Positions 1-10,084 of a DNA stretch of 64,000 nt are shown piece by piece. The stretch comes from a candidate division WOR-3 bacterium (GTDB lineage: Bacteria > Hydrothermota > Tepidihabitantia > Tepidihabitantales > Tepidihabitantaceae): assembly GCA_024653355.1 (NCBI GenBank), contig JANLFQ010000001.1:576576-640575 (forward strand), in the 5' to 3' direction. Below the pieces are notes generated by a model. It was given only the letters and a program-made list of their open reading frames with translations, did not search any database and was not told where the DNA came from. Made by a program: the position numbers and the translations under genes. Position 1 is the stretch's first letter; every line of letters starts with the position of its first letter.

Positions 1-421
1 CCCCGGAAAGTTCCTGAACCCGCAGCGTTGCCGCCTTTTCCATCCCGACCTGAGCAAGTACCCGATTAACCCGCGCTTCAACCTCTTGCACCGTCAAATT
101 ACTCCTTTCTCGCAAAGGTAAAGCGACATTATCCGCCACGGTTAAAGAATCAAAAAGCGCCCCACCTTGAAAAACAAATCCTATCTTCCGCAGTATTTCG
201 CCATTGTCGGCAAACAGCCCGTAATCTAAAATTCGTCCCGAGTAACTTACCTGTCCTGAATCCGGCACGATCAAACCCGCCATAATCTTCAGAAGGACCG
301 TTTTACCGACGCCCGAACGACCAAGTATAACAACCCGTGTCTGTTCGGGAATTTCGATATCGACATTATCAAGAATCAATTGACCCCGGAGCCGCTTTGT
401 CACCTTCTCTAATTTTATCAT
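1..421 (-). CDS. mlaF: ABC transporter ATP-binding protein, MlaF-like (runs off window edge)
   Basis: Not in ORF track. Read manually from ATG at 421, which overlaps the mlaE TGA: MIKLEKVTKRL...ILGRSGVGKT (Walker A)...IGFVFQGGALFDSLTVADNVALPL...QELSG. Confidence 0.9.
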   Translation of the reverse strand, partial: MIKLEKVTKRLRGQLILDNVDIEIPEQTRVVILGRSGVGKTVLLKIMAGLIVPDSGQVSYSGRILDYGLFADNGEILRKIGFVFQGGALFDSLTVADNVALPLRERSNLTVQEVEARVNRVLAQVGMEKAATLRVQELSG

Positions 422-1155
422 CGGGAAAACATCAATACCGCAATTACGAAATCAAAGAAGAGAATCAAAATTCCCGCCCATACAACCGCTCGCGTCGTTG
501 CCCTTCCCACCTCTTGCGCACCACCTTCGGCGTTAAAGCCAAAGTAACAACCGCTGGCGCCAATAAACAATCCAAAGATAATCGCTTTGATTATGCCCCC
601 AACAAAGTCACGCGCCTGAACAAAATGAGTCAAACCGTAAACAAAGGTCTCCTGGGTTACACCCACGAAACCTGCTACAACAACTGCCGTTAACGACGCA
701 ACAATCTCCATTATCACGACCAGGATAGGCAGACTGACCGCTGCGGCAATTATCCGCGGTTGACAGAGAAACCGGTAAGGGTCGATACCCATAACGCGCA
801 ACGCATCAATCTGGTCCGAATTACGCATCGCCCCAATCTCCGCCGCCATTGCTGAAGCCGAACGACTGGCAAAAATAAATGCCGAAAAAACCGGACCAAG
901 TTCGATAAGTAACATTCTACCGACACCCATACCAATAAAATATCGCGGCACAATCCCTAAAAGTTGATAACTGGTCTGGACCGCCGTTGTTAACCCCACA
1001 AATAAACTCGCCAGAATCACAATCGGCACGGCACCGACACCAAAATTGTATATCTGCTCAACAATTCGGGGTAGCGTGCGCCTTAAATCCCTCGGTAATG
1101 TCAGACTCCGGCCCAGAAAAATTACGAAATCAAACGCACCGGTAAACGCCCTCAT
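418..1155 (-). CDS. mlaE: MlaE family ABC transporter permease
   Basis: ELGPV, AEIGAMR..DQIDALRVMGIDP, GGAQEVGRATTRAVV motifs; adjacent to mlaF. Confidence 0.93.
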   Translation of the reverse strand: MRAFTGAFDFVIFLGRSLTLPRDLRRTLPRIVEQIYNFGVGAVPIVILASLFVGLTTAVQTSYQLLGIVPRYFIGMGVGRMLLIELGPVFSAFIFASRSASAMAAEIGAMRNSDQIDALRVMGIDPYRFLCQPRIIAAAVSLPILVVIMEIVASLTAVVVAGFVGVTQETFVYGLTHFVQARDFVGGIIKAIIFGLFIGASGCYFGFNAEGGAQEVGRATTRAVVWAGILILFFDFVIAVLMFSR

Positions 1156-1161
1156 AGAAAA

Positions 1162-1189
1162 ATATTATTGCTATCCGGCACCCTGTCAA
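1162..1189 (-). promoter_or_regulatory. sigma70-type promoter, leaderless mlaE
   Basis: TTGACA-N16-TAATAT-N6-ATG. Confidence 0.7.
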
Positions 1190-1227
1190 TTTACAGATTA
1201 GCCTGAGTTAACGCTGCTGGTAATAAA

Positions 1228-2829
1228 TTACAAATCTTTTCGCCGGGCGCGCCACCGTTTAACAACCCGCTCAAGGTCTGGATTAAGTAGACCCTCCCGC
1301 CACCAGCGGGAGAATTCAACATCACCGCTCTTCGGTTTGGGATTGGGTAAGTCAACCATCATACGGGTTGGCATCGCTACCGCCTCACCCAGAATCAACG
1401 CTTCCCCTGTCCTCAACGCCGGCAGCATATTCATCAAACCTGCCAGCGAATCGGGCACCAGACGACGAACGTAATTCTGGTCATCAGGGTTCGTAAGACG
1501 CATTGCGATAAATGTGTTGCACTGGGAAAGAACCGTCTCGGAAAGCTCTTTGGGACGTTGACTGACAACAATCATTCCGATGCCGTACTTCCTGCCCTCT
1601 TTGGTAATCCGTTCCACCGCACTTCTTGCGGCAGTGAACCGGCCATCGCTCCGAGACGGCACGTAATTGTGCGCCTCTTCCAGAACCAGAAGTATCGGAA
1701 ACCGTTCTCGTTCCGGATTCCAGAGGTTAAACTCAAAAACCATCCGGGCAACTACCGCAACCACCACTCCAATCGCCTCAGAAGGAACGCCACTTAAATC
1801 TACTACCGTCATCTGGTGGGGCGCATTTATTGAAAGGTAACTCTGCAGTAGGTCAATAAAACTTGCGCTGCTGGTGTAAGTACGGGGCTTGAACATAAAG
1901 TTGTACCGCGGGTCAGAGAGTTTGCTGTCCAGCCGAATGAGGAATTTATCAAACACTCCATAAAGTGGACCTTCTTCCTGTTCACCTTGAGCATTGTAGA
2001 CCATCTGGATATTCCAATCGCGCAGCATTGAAACCATGTCATCAAGGTCAAAGTAAACGGGCGAATCGGCGGTTATTGAAGAACCCAAACCCAACCGTTC
2101 TCTTGTATCCCACGCCTGCCGTGCCCGCATCAATGAGTCGCGTAAAACAACAATCTGATTTTTCGCCGTCGGTTCGGTCATATCAACGGTCAGGTCAACA
2201 AACTCTTCGAAGTTCAGCAGCCAGTAGGGTAATTCAACATTATCCGCCTGAATAAGGTTTACCTGTTCAGGAAATGCCGCGGCGTATTCACCATGCAAAT
2301 CCAGAACAACGATATGCGTGTTGCGATACTTCTCAATCGCCTCCTGCAAAATACTCACGACGGTACAGGACTTACCACAACCGGTTGTTCCCAGAACCGC
2401 GATATGCTGCCCAAAGAACTTATCAACATTTATGTAAACCCGTTGATTCTCGGCACCACTCGGTTTGCCAAACGAGAATCCATATTCAATAAACTCAGAA
2501 AATATATCATCAAGTTCGCTGTCATCAACCATCTGAACCCGTTGACCAACATTGGGATACACCGAAACACCCCGGACAAATTTTTTATTTTGTTCCAGCG
2601 TCCCCAGTAAGATGCAATCTGCCACCTTCCGGGAGTTTTTTCCATTCTCCATTCTGATGCTTGACACCAATCCTATTACGCGGTAATCTTGGAAAGATAT
2701 TTTTACATAGGAACCCGGTTGTCCCGGATAATAACCGTTACTGAGCGGAACTGTTGTATCCACAGTTAAATCAACCAGCGCCCGTTCACCATTGACTTCC
2801 GTAACATAACCAATATCAATCTGCCCCAC
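1228..2829 (-). CDS. HerA/FtsK-superfamily ATPase (DUF87/DUF853-type)
   Basis: N-terminal HAS-barrel-like region, Walker A GTTGCGKS, DLHGEY, Walker B LVLEEAH, KEGRKYG, SQRP; SD AAGGAGG before GTG. Confidence 0.88.
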   Translation of the reverse strand: MGQIDIGYVTEVNGERALVDLTVDTTVPLSNGYYPGQPGSYVKISFQDYRVIGLVSSIRMENGKNSRKVADCILLGTLEQNKKFVRGVSVYPNVGQRVQMVDDSELDDIFSEFIEYGFSFGKPSGAENQRVYINVDKFFGQHIAVLGTTGCGKSCTVVSILQEAIEKYRNTHIVVLDLHGEYAAAFPEQVNLIQADNVELPYWLLNFEEFVDLTVDMTEPTAKNQIVVLRDSLMRARQAWDTRERLGLGSSITADSPVYFDLDDMVSMLRDWNIQMVYNAQGEQEEGPLYGVFDKFLIRLDSKLSDPRYNFMFKPRTYTSSASFIDLLQSYLSINAPHQMTVVDLSGVPSEAIGVVVAVVARMVFEFNLWNPERERFPILLVLEEAHNYVPSRSDGRFTAARSAVERITKEGRKYGIGMIVVSQRPKELSETVLSQCNTFIAMRLTNPDDQNYVRRLVPDSLAGLMNMLPALRTGEALILGEAVAMPTRMMVDLPNPKPKSGDVEFSRWWREGLLNPDLERVVKRWRARRKDL

Positions 2830-2900
2830 TGCTTCCTCCTTTCACATAAAAATTATATCAAAATTAAATCGTTTCGTAAACTGCCGATTAAAATTAGTAA

Positions 2901-3593
2901 TTAAGCACCCTTCTTTTTACTTTTGCTCTTTCTCCGGCTAATCAGCATTTGATTCAACCAATCCAGCCACACATCAACTCCTTCCCCGGTACGCAATGAA
3001 ATCGTCATTATCGGCACGCGGGGCTTTAATCTGCGCACCGCCCGCTGAAAATCTTCAAGTTTAAAGTCAACATAAGGCAACAGGTCAATTTTGTTGACAA
3101 TCACGACATCTGATTTGGTAAACATCAGGGGGTATTTAACCGGTTTGTCGCTCCCTTCAGGTGTCGAGACAATCGTAACATTGTAGTGCACAGGCAGCCG
3201 GAACTCTGCCGGACAAACAAGGTTGCCAACATTTTCTATGATTAAAAGGTCAAGATTTGCCAGGTCAATCGAAGGGAAAACCGAAGCAAGCATCAAACCG
3301 TCCAGGTGACAGGCGCCCTGAGTGTTGATCTGTGTACAACCTACCCCCTGGGCAATAACCCGCCGCGCATCGAGGTCACCTTGAATATCCCCTTCAATGA
3401 CCCAGATGCGCCAGCGCTCCTTTAACGCCACCACCGTCCTTTCCACTAAACTGGTTTTACCAGCACCTGGCCCGGACATGATATTTATCCCCAGAACGCC
3501 ATATCGATTTAACTGCTGGAGCTGCTCCTCAGCCAGCGCATCGTTACTCGCCAGAACCCGGCGCATCACCGGTAACCTCTTCATTTCTTTCAT
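2901..3593 (-). CDS. hypB: hydrogenase nickel incorporation GTPase HypB
   Basis: GPGAGKTS, GACHLD, ENVGNLVCPAEF, EGSDKPVKYP, NKIDL. Confidence 0.93.
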   Translation of the reverse strand: MKEMKRLPVMRRVLASNDALAEEQLQQLNRYGVLGINIMSGPGAGKTSLVERTVVALKERWRIWVIEGDIQGDLDARRVIAQGVGCTQINTQGACHLDGLMLASVFPSIDLANLDLLIIENVGNLVCPAEFRLPVHYNVTIVSTPEGSDKPVKYPLMFTKSDVVIVNKIDLLPYVDFKLEDFQRAVRRLKPRVPIMTISLRTGEGVDVWLDWLNQMLISRRKSKSKKKGA

Positions 3594-3603
3594 TGAGCCC
3601 TCT

Positions 3604-4914
3604 CTACTTATGTAAAAAGTTCTTTAACCATTTCAGAGCCTTGATATCAACCGGAACGAGCGCTTTCCGGTCACTGCCCACGGAAACTAACGCCACCGAA
3701 CAATCCACCAGTTCGGCAATTTTTTCGATGTATTGCCGGGCTCTGAGAGGTAATGATTTAAAAGTTCGGCAGTTGGTGGTTTTTTCCCGCCAGCCGGGCA
3801 AGGAAATATAATCCGGCTCGAGTTCCGGTGCCAAAAATGGGTCAAATTCAAGAATCCTTTTACCCTGATAACGGTAACCCACACAAACTTTTATCTCTTT
3901 AAGTGAGTCAAGCACGTCAAGTTTTGTCAGTACCAATGCAGTGAGTCGGTTGTAACGCACTGCTGCCCGAACCAAGCCAGCATCAAACCAACCGCATCGG
4001 CGCGGTCTTCCGGTTGTTGCCCCGTATTCGGCACCAAGTTCGCGCAGCATTGACGCCTCCGCCGTATCCAGTTCGGAAGGAAATGGCCCGGCACCAACGC
4101 GGGTTGTGTATACCTTCGCCACACCCACCGCTTCTTCAAGCCAGAGGGGACTGATCCCGCTTCCGGTTGCCGCCCCTGCAACACCTGTTGAAGAGGTTGT
4201 GACAAAAGGATAAGTTCCCAGGTCTATGTCCAGATGAGTTCCCTGGGCGCCTTCAAACAGTATCCGTTTGTCAGCGCGCAGTGCCCTATCCAACATAACC
4301 GTTCCGTCCCCAATCATCGCTGTTAAATTCTTACTCACCACACGCACCTCTTGTGCCAGTTCTTTAAAAGAAATCGGCTCTGCCTGGTACAGCTCCATAA
4401 GTCGGAAATTCGCCGCTGCCACATTCCGGCGCAACTTCTCCATAAATAAATCTTCGTTCAACAGGTCACCAGCTCTGATGCCGACCCGGGCATACTTGTC
4501 TTGGTAAGCCGGGCCAATACCCTGACCGGTTGTGCCAATTTTTTTCTCGGCAAGTTGTGTTTCCTGTAAGCGGTCCAGTGCCTTGTGGTAAGGAAAAATA
4601 ATATGTGCGCGGCGGTCAATGAGCAAACGGTTGCCAACATCTTTACCATCTTTCTTTAACAACCTCAATTCGTCTTGAAGACGATAAGGGTCTACGACGC
4701 AGCCACACCCAATAATCCCCTTAATACGGGGGTGCAGTAGCCCGGATGGAATTTGATGGAAAGTAAGCTTATGCTTACCCCAACACACCGTGTGTCCAGC
4801 GTTCGGGCCCCCTTGAAAACGGACAACAATCTGGGCGTTTTGGGCAAGAAAATCAACTACCTTGCCCTTACCTTCATCACCCCACTGAGTTCCGATTACT
4901 ACCAGGTTAGGCAC
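3604..4914 (-). CDS. purA: adenylosuccinate synthetase
   Basis: GTQWGDEGKGK, GPNAGHT, EGAQG, YGATTGRPRRCGWFD. Confidence 0.98.
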   Translation of the reverse strand: MPNLVVIGTQWGDEGKGKVVDFLAQNAQIVVRFQGGPNAGHTVCWGKHKLTFHQIPSGLLHPRIKGIIGCGCVVDPYRLQDELRLLKKDGKDVGNRLLIDRRAHIIFPYHKALDRLQETQLAEKKIGTTGQGIGPAYQDKYARVGIRAGDLLNEDLFMEKLRRNVAAANFRLMELYQAEPISFKELAQEVRVVSKNLTAMIGDGTVMLDRALRADKRILFEGAQGTHLDIDLGTYPFVTTSSTGVAGAATGSGISPLWLEEAVGVAKVYTTRVGAGPFPSELDTAEASMLRELGAEYGATTGRPRRCGWFDAGLVRAAVRYNRLTALVLTKLDVLDSLKEIKVCVGYRYQGKRILEFDPFLAPELEPDYISLPGWREKTTNCRTFKSLPLRARQYIEKIAELVDCSVALVSVGSDRKALVPVDIKALKWLKNFLHK

Positions 4915-4928
4915 AATTCCCTTGCTTT

Positions 4929-6053
4929 TTAAAACTGGTAAGAAAAGGAAAACTTGTAGTTACTCGTAGGGAAGTCGTAGATGAACTGGTCCACGCCGAC
5001 GTCAAACTGAAATCGTTGAAACCCAATACCGCCGCCAACGGTAAACCCCAGGGATTTGAATTTGCCAAGACCGCGCCGGGTTAAAACATCCCAGAAACTG
5101 TAATGGTAAGTGCCCTGACCCTCTCGCTCAAAAACAATTCCGCCCCTTTGACCGGTGATGTCTTCAAAATAACCTGCCCGTAGAAATCCGGCTACCGGTC
5201 CGTAACGAGCCCCGGCTTCAACCCCTAAACTTTTCCAGGCGTCGCGCCACTCACTGGAAATTTGCTGGCCAAAAGTTTTCGTAGAATCGGAAAACGCCCC
5301 GACCAGAATCTTAGATATCTCGGGCGTAATGCAGACGGAGAAAATCTCGTGCTTTAAAGGATAATAGGCTAAACCAAGCCGCAGCATCCGGGGCAAAGGG
5401 TCCGATTCACCCGAAGAGGTATAAGAAATGTTAGGCCCGAGGTTAGCCACTGCCAACCCCACAGCGAGAAAGTCAAAAGGTTTGTAAAGGGTGCCAGCAT
5501 CAAATGCCCAGGTAATGCCGGTTCCCCCTTGTTCAATCCCCAGTTCGGGCATCGCCTTCCAGACCCAATCCGGAACCAAAAAGGAGTAAATTAACTTAGC
5601 AGACAAACCCACACCTAAATTCGGCAAAACAGGAAAACCATAAGCAAGGGCGGGTGAGGCATCAAATGTAGTATATCGGCCCAGAAAATCACCCCGCTCA
5701 TTTATCACATCGGTTTCACCGGTCGTAAGGTAGATAACATTAAACCCCGCGGTCCCGCGTCCTTGAAAATTGTGTGCAATCCCAAGATACTCATAGTACA
5801 TCCCGGGCCAGAGTCCTGGTAACCAGTTACAATGCATCAAGGTCACATTAGTTCCCTGAAGAAAAGCCAACCCACCGGGGTTGTAGTACACACTTGAAGC
5901 GTCGTCGCTGATTGCGGTAAAGGCACCAGCGAGCGAAGTCGGCCGCGCTCCAGGCCAAATCATCAAGAAAACCGCACCGGGGTTCTGGCTGGCGTAAACT
6001 CCCATCGGACTGAGAACAAAAATCAAAGCCAGCCAGATAACTGTTCGTTTCAT
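4929..6053 (-). CDS. porV: PorV/PorQ family outer-membrane beta-barrel (T9SS)
   Basis: Signal peptide, FLMIWPGARPTSLAGAFTAISDDASSVYYNPGGL, NLGPNISY..DPLP, C-terminal Phe; directly downstream of PorU-like gene; SD AGGAGG. Confidence 0.85.
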   Translation of the reverse strand: MKRTVIWLALIFVLSPMGVYASQNPGAVFLMIWPGARPTSLAGAFTAISDDASSVYYNPGGLAFLQGTNVTLMHCNWLPGLWPGMYYEYLGIAHNFQGRGTAGFNVIYLTTGETDVINERGDFLGRYTTFDASPALAYGFPVLPNLGVGLSAKLIYSFLVPDWVWKAMPELGIEQGGTGITWAFDAGTLYKPFDFLAVGLAVANLGPNISYTSSGESDPLPRMLRLGLAYYPLKHEIFSVCITPEISKILVGAFSDSTKTFGQQISSEWRDAWKSLGVEAGARYGPVAGFLRAGYFEDITGQRGGIVFEREGQGTYHYSFWDVLTRRGLGKFKSLGFTVGGGIGFQRFQFDVGVDQFIYDFPTSNYKFSFSYQF

Positions 6054-6091
6054 TGCAATACCTCCTTAAACAAACATAACTACTACCTTTA

Positions 6092-6119
6092 AGTATAAAT
6101 AGTTACCTGCGATGGTCAA
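6092..6119 (-). promoter_or_regulatory. sigma70-type promoter for porV-purA-hypB
   Basis: TTGACC-N16-TATACT. Confidence 0.6.
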
Positions 6120-6122
6120 CAA

Positions 6123-9100
6123 TTAACGAACTATAAGAAACTTATCCCTAACCGTGACACGCTCGCCGTTACCATCCGGGTATAAAACTTTTGCCCGCAG
6201 GGTAAACAGATAAACACCGTTGGGCAAGAGAAACCCATCCTGGTCCCTTCCGTCCCAGGTAATCTGGTTGTAACCCCAACTTGCTGGAAAATCCCCCAGG
6301 TCACGCACCAACCTGCCGCTCAGCGTGTAGATACGAATTTGGACCGTTCCCGCTTGACTCACAACGAAACTGAACACCGCACCCTGCTTCACCGGATTGG
6401 GATAAACGGTAATTGAATCCACGCGTAGGACTCGGGAGTAAAATGGCTTTAAAATCAGTTTTGTCGTTGTGCGGTTGAGAAAGTTGTCGGCAACAACAAC
6501 AAATAAAGTGTCAACTGTTCCGCTCAAATTTAACTGAATCCGTGCCCGGGCCAGAGAGTAAGAACTGTCGTCAAATACAAAGTTGTCGCTGAGCTCAACC
6601 GGTGTTAATGGTTGATTGAGATAAAAACAGGGTGCGAAACCCGGAACTGGAGCAATCAGAATACCAGACTGGTCTGAAGCGACGATATCAAGCGGCAAAT
6701 TTGCCGGCACCGTGGCACTGTCCAGCAATCGGCGCCCCCCAAAATACAAATAAACTTGCGGACCGGTGTTGTCATTTCGGTTTAATAACATACTGTTCCA
6801 GGCGATATTAGCATCAATTAAGCCCAGGTTCTTTGTTTCGCCTTTAACCTGAGCACTGAATCGGCAAGAGTTAGCAAGCGGTGCATAATAGCCATTACCC
6901 GCCCGCACCGTATCAAGCGGTACACCAACCGGGAAGATTCCTTCACAGTAAAACCTGCCGTCTTTGACGCGAAATGAACCGCGCGCCAATTCCTCGCCTA
7001 AAATAAAGTATTGAACAACACCCACCGGTGATTCATAATACCGTGAGCGCATCGGTCCAAACAAACGCCATTCGGCATCACCATCAGCCAACTCAACAAT
7101 CGTTCGTGCCCGAAACAATGTACCAGGTTGCAGCGTATCTGGGGAGATACGCAAATTCTGGGTGGACATCGTTGGTAATTTGAGAACTGTTGCCGGGTCG
7201 CCAAAAAGATGGTAGCTTCGATCAGTTACCCAGGCTTTAAAGAAACAGTAGCCCACAGTCCTTATGCTCTCCGGCGGGAAAAACAGCGGCGTCAATAGAT
7301 TACGAGCAAAGACAAGATTGTTTCCGGAAGGTGTCGCGGTTGAAGCGGCCACTGTCGCCAGTGCTCCACCCGGCATTCGAACCAACTCTTCCGCAATGCA
7401 CTCAGACCGGGTATCGTCAAACCGTCCGACCGAACAACTGCCTAAAAAACAGAACGGGACTCGATTCTGATTGTCTATTTCAGAAACCCTGGCTACGGTC
7501 AAAACATCTTCATGGGTAAGAGAGTAGGCCGAGCCATGACCAAAAAACAACCAGATTAACGCCCCGCGATTCAACTGTCGCAAAAGTTCTCTGTTGGCTT
7601 GGGGTTTACTTTTTGAACCAAGAAAGGGAAACTCTGTGAGATAAATTTTTACCGGGTCAAGACGATTTCCCACCAGTGCTGCCATACCTTCGCACTGTTC
7701 AATATGTCTGAAGCGCAACTCATCAGGCCGGTCCGGGTAGCGCTGATATTCGTCGTCTGCCAGTAAAAGCAACCTTCTAGTCCAGTATCCATTACTACCC
7801 GTTTCGTAAGCAATCAACTTGTCAACGAACTGCCTCGCTTCGCTTTCGCTTCTCACGCACACCCGGCCCAGGATAATGTCCGGACTGCCACCCTCACCTT
7901 CCAAATCAGCATACCACACATCCTGAGCCAGGGCACTACGGTCTCCGGCATCAGGAATTAGCCCGAATCCAAACTCATAAGGAGGGACACCCGGAGGCTG
8001 GACTCGGTTGAGGTTGTTCCTGTAATCGTAGGTCCCATCACCGACCAGGAGCGCATATACCGGGCGCTTCATTTGAAAGAAACGTTTGATCGCCCCGGGC
8101 TCCTTCATCCCATAACCGAAGTCGTCGTAAATCTCCTGAAGATTAACCACCCGAACCCGAGCATTAGGAATACCGGAGACCCGATTGAAACGAAAACGGG
8201 CGAGCTCCTGCATCGATTGCATTAATTCCGGTGGAGTTACTATCCAGTAATCAGCCAGAAATGTCTCGTCCCATAGAGAACCTGGTGATTTCACCTGCAT
8301 ATCTTTGGGCTTCAACAACTGCTCAGGAGTGGCAATAGCAAATTCGGTCCATCCCTGCAATCGCCGGCTGAACAACACACTGTCACCCCGTTTTTCCACC
8401 CCGAGACACAGCGCCGGAGCGTAAGGGTCGGTGACGTCCAGAACAACCGGTACCGCACCCGCACCCTGAATTAAAAATTGGTAGTCGCCGACGGTATCAA
8501 CAAAAAAGTTGCACGGACCGGTAAACAGGGACAGCCGGCAGGAATACTTGACCACAAGATAGTCAAGATAAACCTTCTTTTCACCGCTGCCCCGCAATTC
8601 AATCGTCAGTTGATTGTCACGAAAAGCCACCGGACCTACCGAATCAATAGAGAAATCGTAAGGGCTGGGATAGGAGCTGGAACCGAACTGAAAGTTGGTG
8701 AGTACCCTCCCGTTTAAGCGAATGGTTATTTCATTACTCGGGGAAGCATTGTAAAGCCGACCCGAAATCTGGTGAACTTTTATTGGATATCTTAGCTCAA
8801 GCGGGCAGGAAAATTGAGCAACACCGGCATCCGCTGCTTTAAATATCGTTGTCCAGACCCACATCAAACCCGCTCGAGCTGGGCATTCCCGGTCCAACTC
8901 CTGATGAAGCACAACTCGCCCGGTGTTAACAACTGTTGTACCGGAAGTATCCGGGCCGAATCCGCGTCGCATTCTCTTACCGGCAAAACCGGTCCAGGTA
9001 AGCCAGTAAACATTATCTCTGGTGTATAAATTCTTCACCCAGACAGAACATTTGTTAACCCAGTGGTCTGGTGCCAACCCATAAAAAATTATCGTGTCGT

Positions 9101-9974
9101 TAAGGTCGAAATGCCCATCATCATCGCCGGTAACCGCAATCGCGACCGGCAGCAACGAATCAGGATAAGAACGGTTGGGCTCATGTTCACCAACTGTCCA
9201 GAGGGCTAATGATTGCGGATTCAACCCCTGAATTGGCACACCTGCTTGTGCCAGTTCTGTGCCGGTGATACGATAAATACCGGTGGTATCGACCGTAATT
9301 CTCAACCACTGCGAAGAACGGCGATAAGGGTTCAAAATGGCAAAACTGCTTTTGTGATTTAACTTCCAATTTCTTGCCTGCGCGCCATTTAAAAGCATCC
9401 CGGCAATCAAATCATCAAGCGGGTCAGGAGAAAAATTAACCTCCGGGGTTGTTTGGAAATGCACCACCACCTTTACCTCATCGAACCAGACCAATCTTCT
9501 TCTATCGGTCTGATATTGCGCCGGGTAAATTTTCAAGGTTACAAACCGTACATCGCGCATCACCTCTATTTGCCCAACCTCTACAACCGAATCGGGATAA
9601 AGCACCCGTTCCTCTTCCTCCCAACCGCGCCAGACCGAATCTCCCTCAAATAAAACATAAGGAACACGTTCAAGGATGATATTTTCTTTTGCACCACCTA
9701 CTTTTGTGCTGAATTCAACCTTTATACCACCACTCTGTGGCACACCGATGCGGACAACCTTTGCCGGCAGGTCGTAGTCGCCGAAAAAAGCTACCGGTTC
9801 GGCATCAGGAAACTCAAGAAGAGTACCCCCTCTATCACCGCTCGTTACCGGTTCCCCAGGACGATAAATAAATCTAACACCACGCTCGTCAGAGTCGATA
9901 ACTTGAATTTCCGCTTTAAGATAGACGGGAAAAAGAGTCAGAATGAGCGATATCAATTTAAAATGACGACGCAC
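6123..9974 (-). CDS. porU: C25 (gingipain-family) peptidase, PorU-like T9SS sortase with C-terminal CTD/FlgD-like domain
   Basis: LLVGDGTYD, catalytic dyad motifs FFGHGS and GSCSVGRFD, C-terminal YPNP...IYTLSGRLV...WDGRDQDG..LPNGVY. Start moved to GTG 9974 because track start 10013 lies in the -35 box. Confidence 0.85.
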   Translation of the reverse strand: MRRHFKLISLILTLFPVYLKAEIQVIDSDERGVRFIYRPGEPVTSGDRGGTLLEFPDAEPVAFFGDYDLPAKVVRIGVPQSGGIKVEFSTKVGGAKENIILERVPYVLFEGDSVWRGWEEEERVLYPDSVVEVGQIEVMRDVRFVTLKIYPAQYQTDRRRLVWFDEVKVVVHFQTTPEVNFSPDPLDDLIAGMLLNGAQARNWKLNHKSSFAILNPYRRSSQWLRITVDTTGIYRITGTELAQAGVPIQGLNPQSLALWTVGEHEPNRSYPDSLLPVAIAVTGDDDGHFDLNDTIIFYGLAPDHWVNKCSVWVKNLYTRDNVYWLTWTGFAGKRMRRGFGPDTSGTTVVNTGRVVLHQELDRECPARAGLMWVWTTIFKAADAGVAQFSCPLELRYPIKVHQISGRLYNASPSNEITIRLNGRVLTNFQFGSSSYPSPYDFSIDSVGPVAFRDNQLTIELRGSGEKKVYLDYLVVKYSCRLSLFTGPCNFFVDTVGDYQFLIQGAGAVPVVLDVTDPYAPALCLGVEKRGDSVLFSRRLQGWTEFAIATPEQLLKPKDMQVKSPGSLWDETFLADYWIVTPPELMQSMQELARFRFNRVSGIPNARVRVVNLQEIYDDFGYGMKEPGAIKRFFQMKRPVYALLVGDGTYDYRNNLNRVQPPGVPPYEFGFGLIPDAGDRSALAQDVWYADLEGEGGSPDIILGRVCVRSESEARQFVDKLIAYETGSNGYWTRRLLLLADDEYQRYPDRPDELRFRHIEQCEGMAALVGNRLDPVKIYLTEFPFLGSKSKPQANRELLRQLNRGALIWLFFGHGSAYSLTHEDVLTVARVSEIDNQNRVPFCFLGSCSVGRFDDTRSECIAEELVRMPGGALATVAASTATPSGNNLVFARNLLTPLFFPPESIRTVGYCFFKAWVTDRSYHLFGDPATVLKLPTMSTQNLRISPDTLQPGTLFRARTIVELADGDAEWRLFGPMRSRYYESPVGVVQYFILGEELARGSFRVKDGRFYCEGIFPVGVPLDTVRAGNGYYAPLANSCRFSAQVKGETKNLGLIDANIAWNSMLLNRNDNTGPQVYLYFGGRRLLDSATVPANLPLDIVASDQSGILIAPVPGFAPCFYLNQPLTPVELSDNFVFDDSSYSLARARIQLNLSGTVDTLFVVVADNFLNRTTTKLILKPFYSRVLRVDSITVYPNPVKQGAVFSFVVSQAGTVQIRIYTLSGRLVRDLGDFPASWGYNQITWDGRDQDGFLLPNGVYLFTLRAKVLYPDGNGERVTVRDKFLIVR

Positions 9975-9985
9975 CAGTAAAAAGG

Positions 9986-10013
9986 AGTTTATTTCAATCT
10001 CCCGATAAGTCAA
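9986..10013 (-). promoter_or_regulatory. sigma70-type promoter for porU
   Basis: TTGACT-N16-TAAACT. Confidence 0.6.
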
Positions 10014-10046
10014 ATCTAAAATTAACCTTGAACCGGCAAACAGTCC

Positions 10047-10074
10047 TTGACCTATGTGATTTGAACTTTATACT
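10047..10074 (+). promoter_or_regulatory. sigma70-type promoter for ABC permeases
   Basis: TTGACC-N16-TATACT-N10-ATG. Confidence 0.6.
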
Positions 10075-10084
10075 CATTGCAAAA

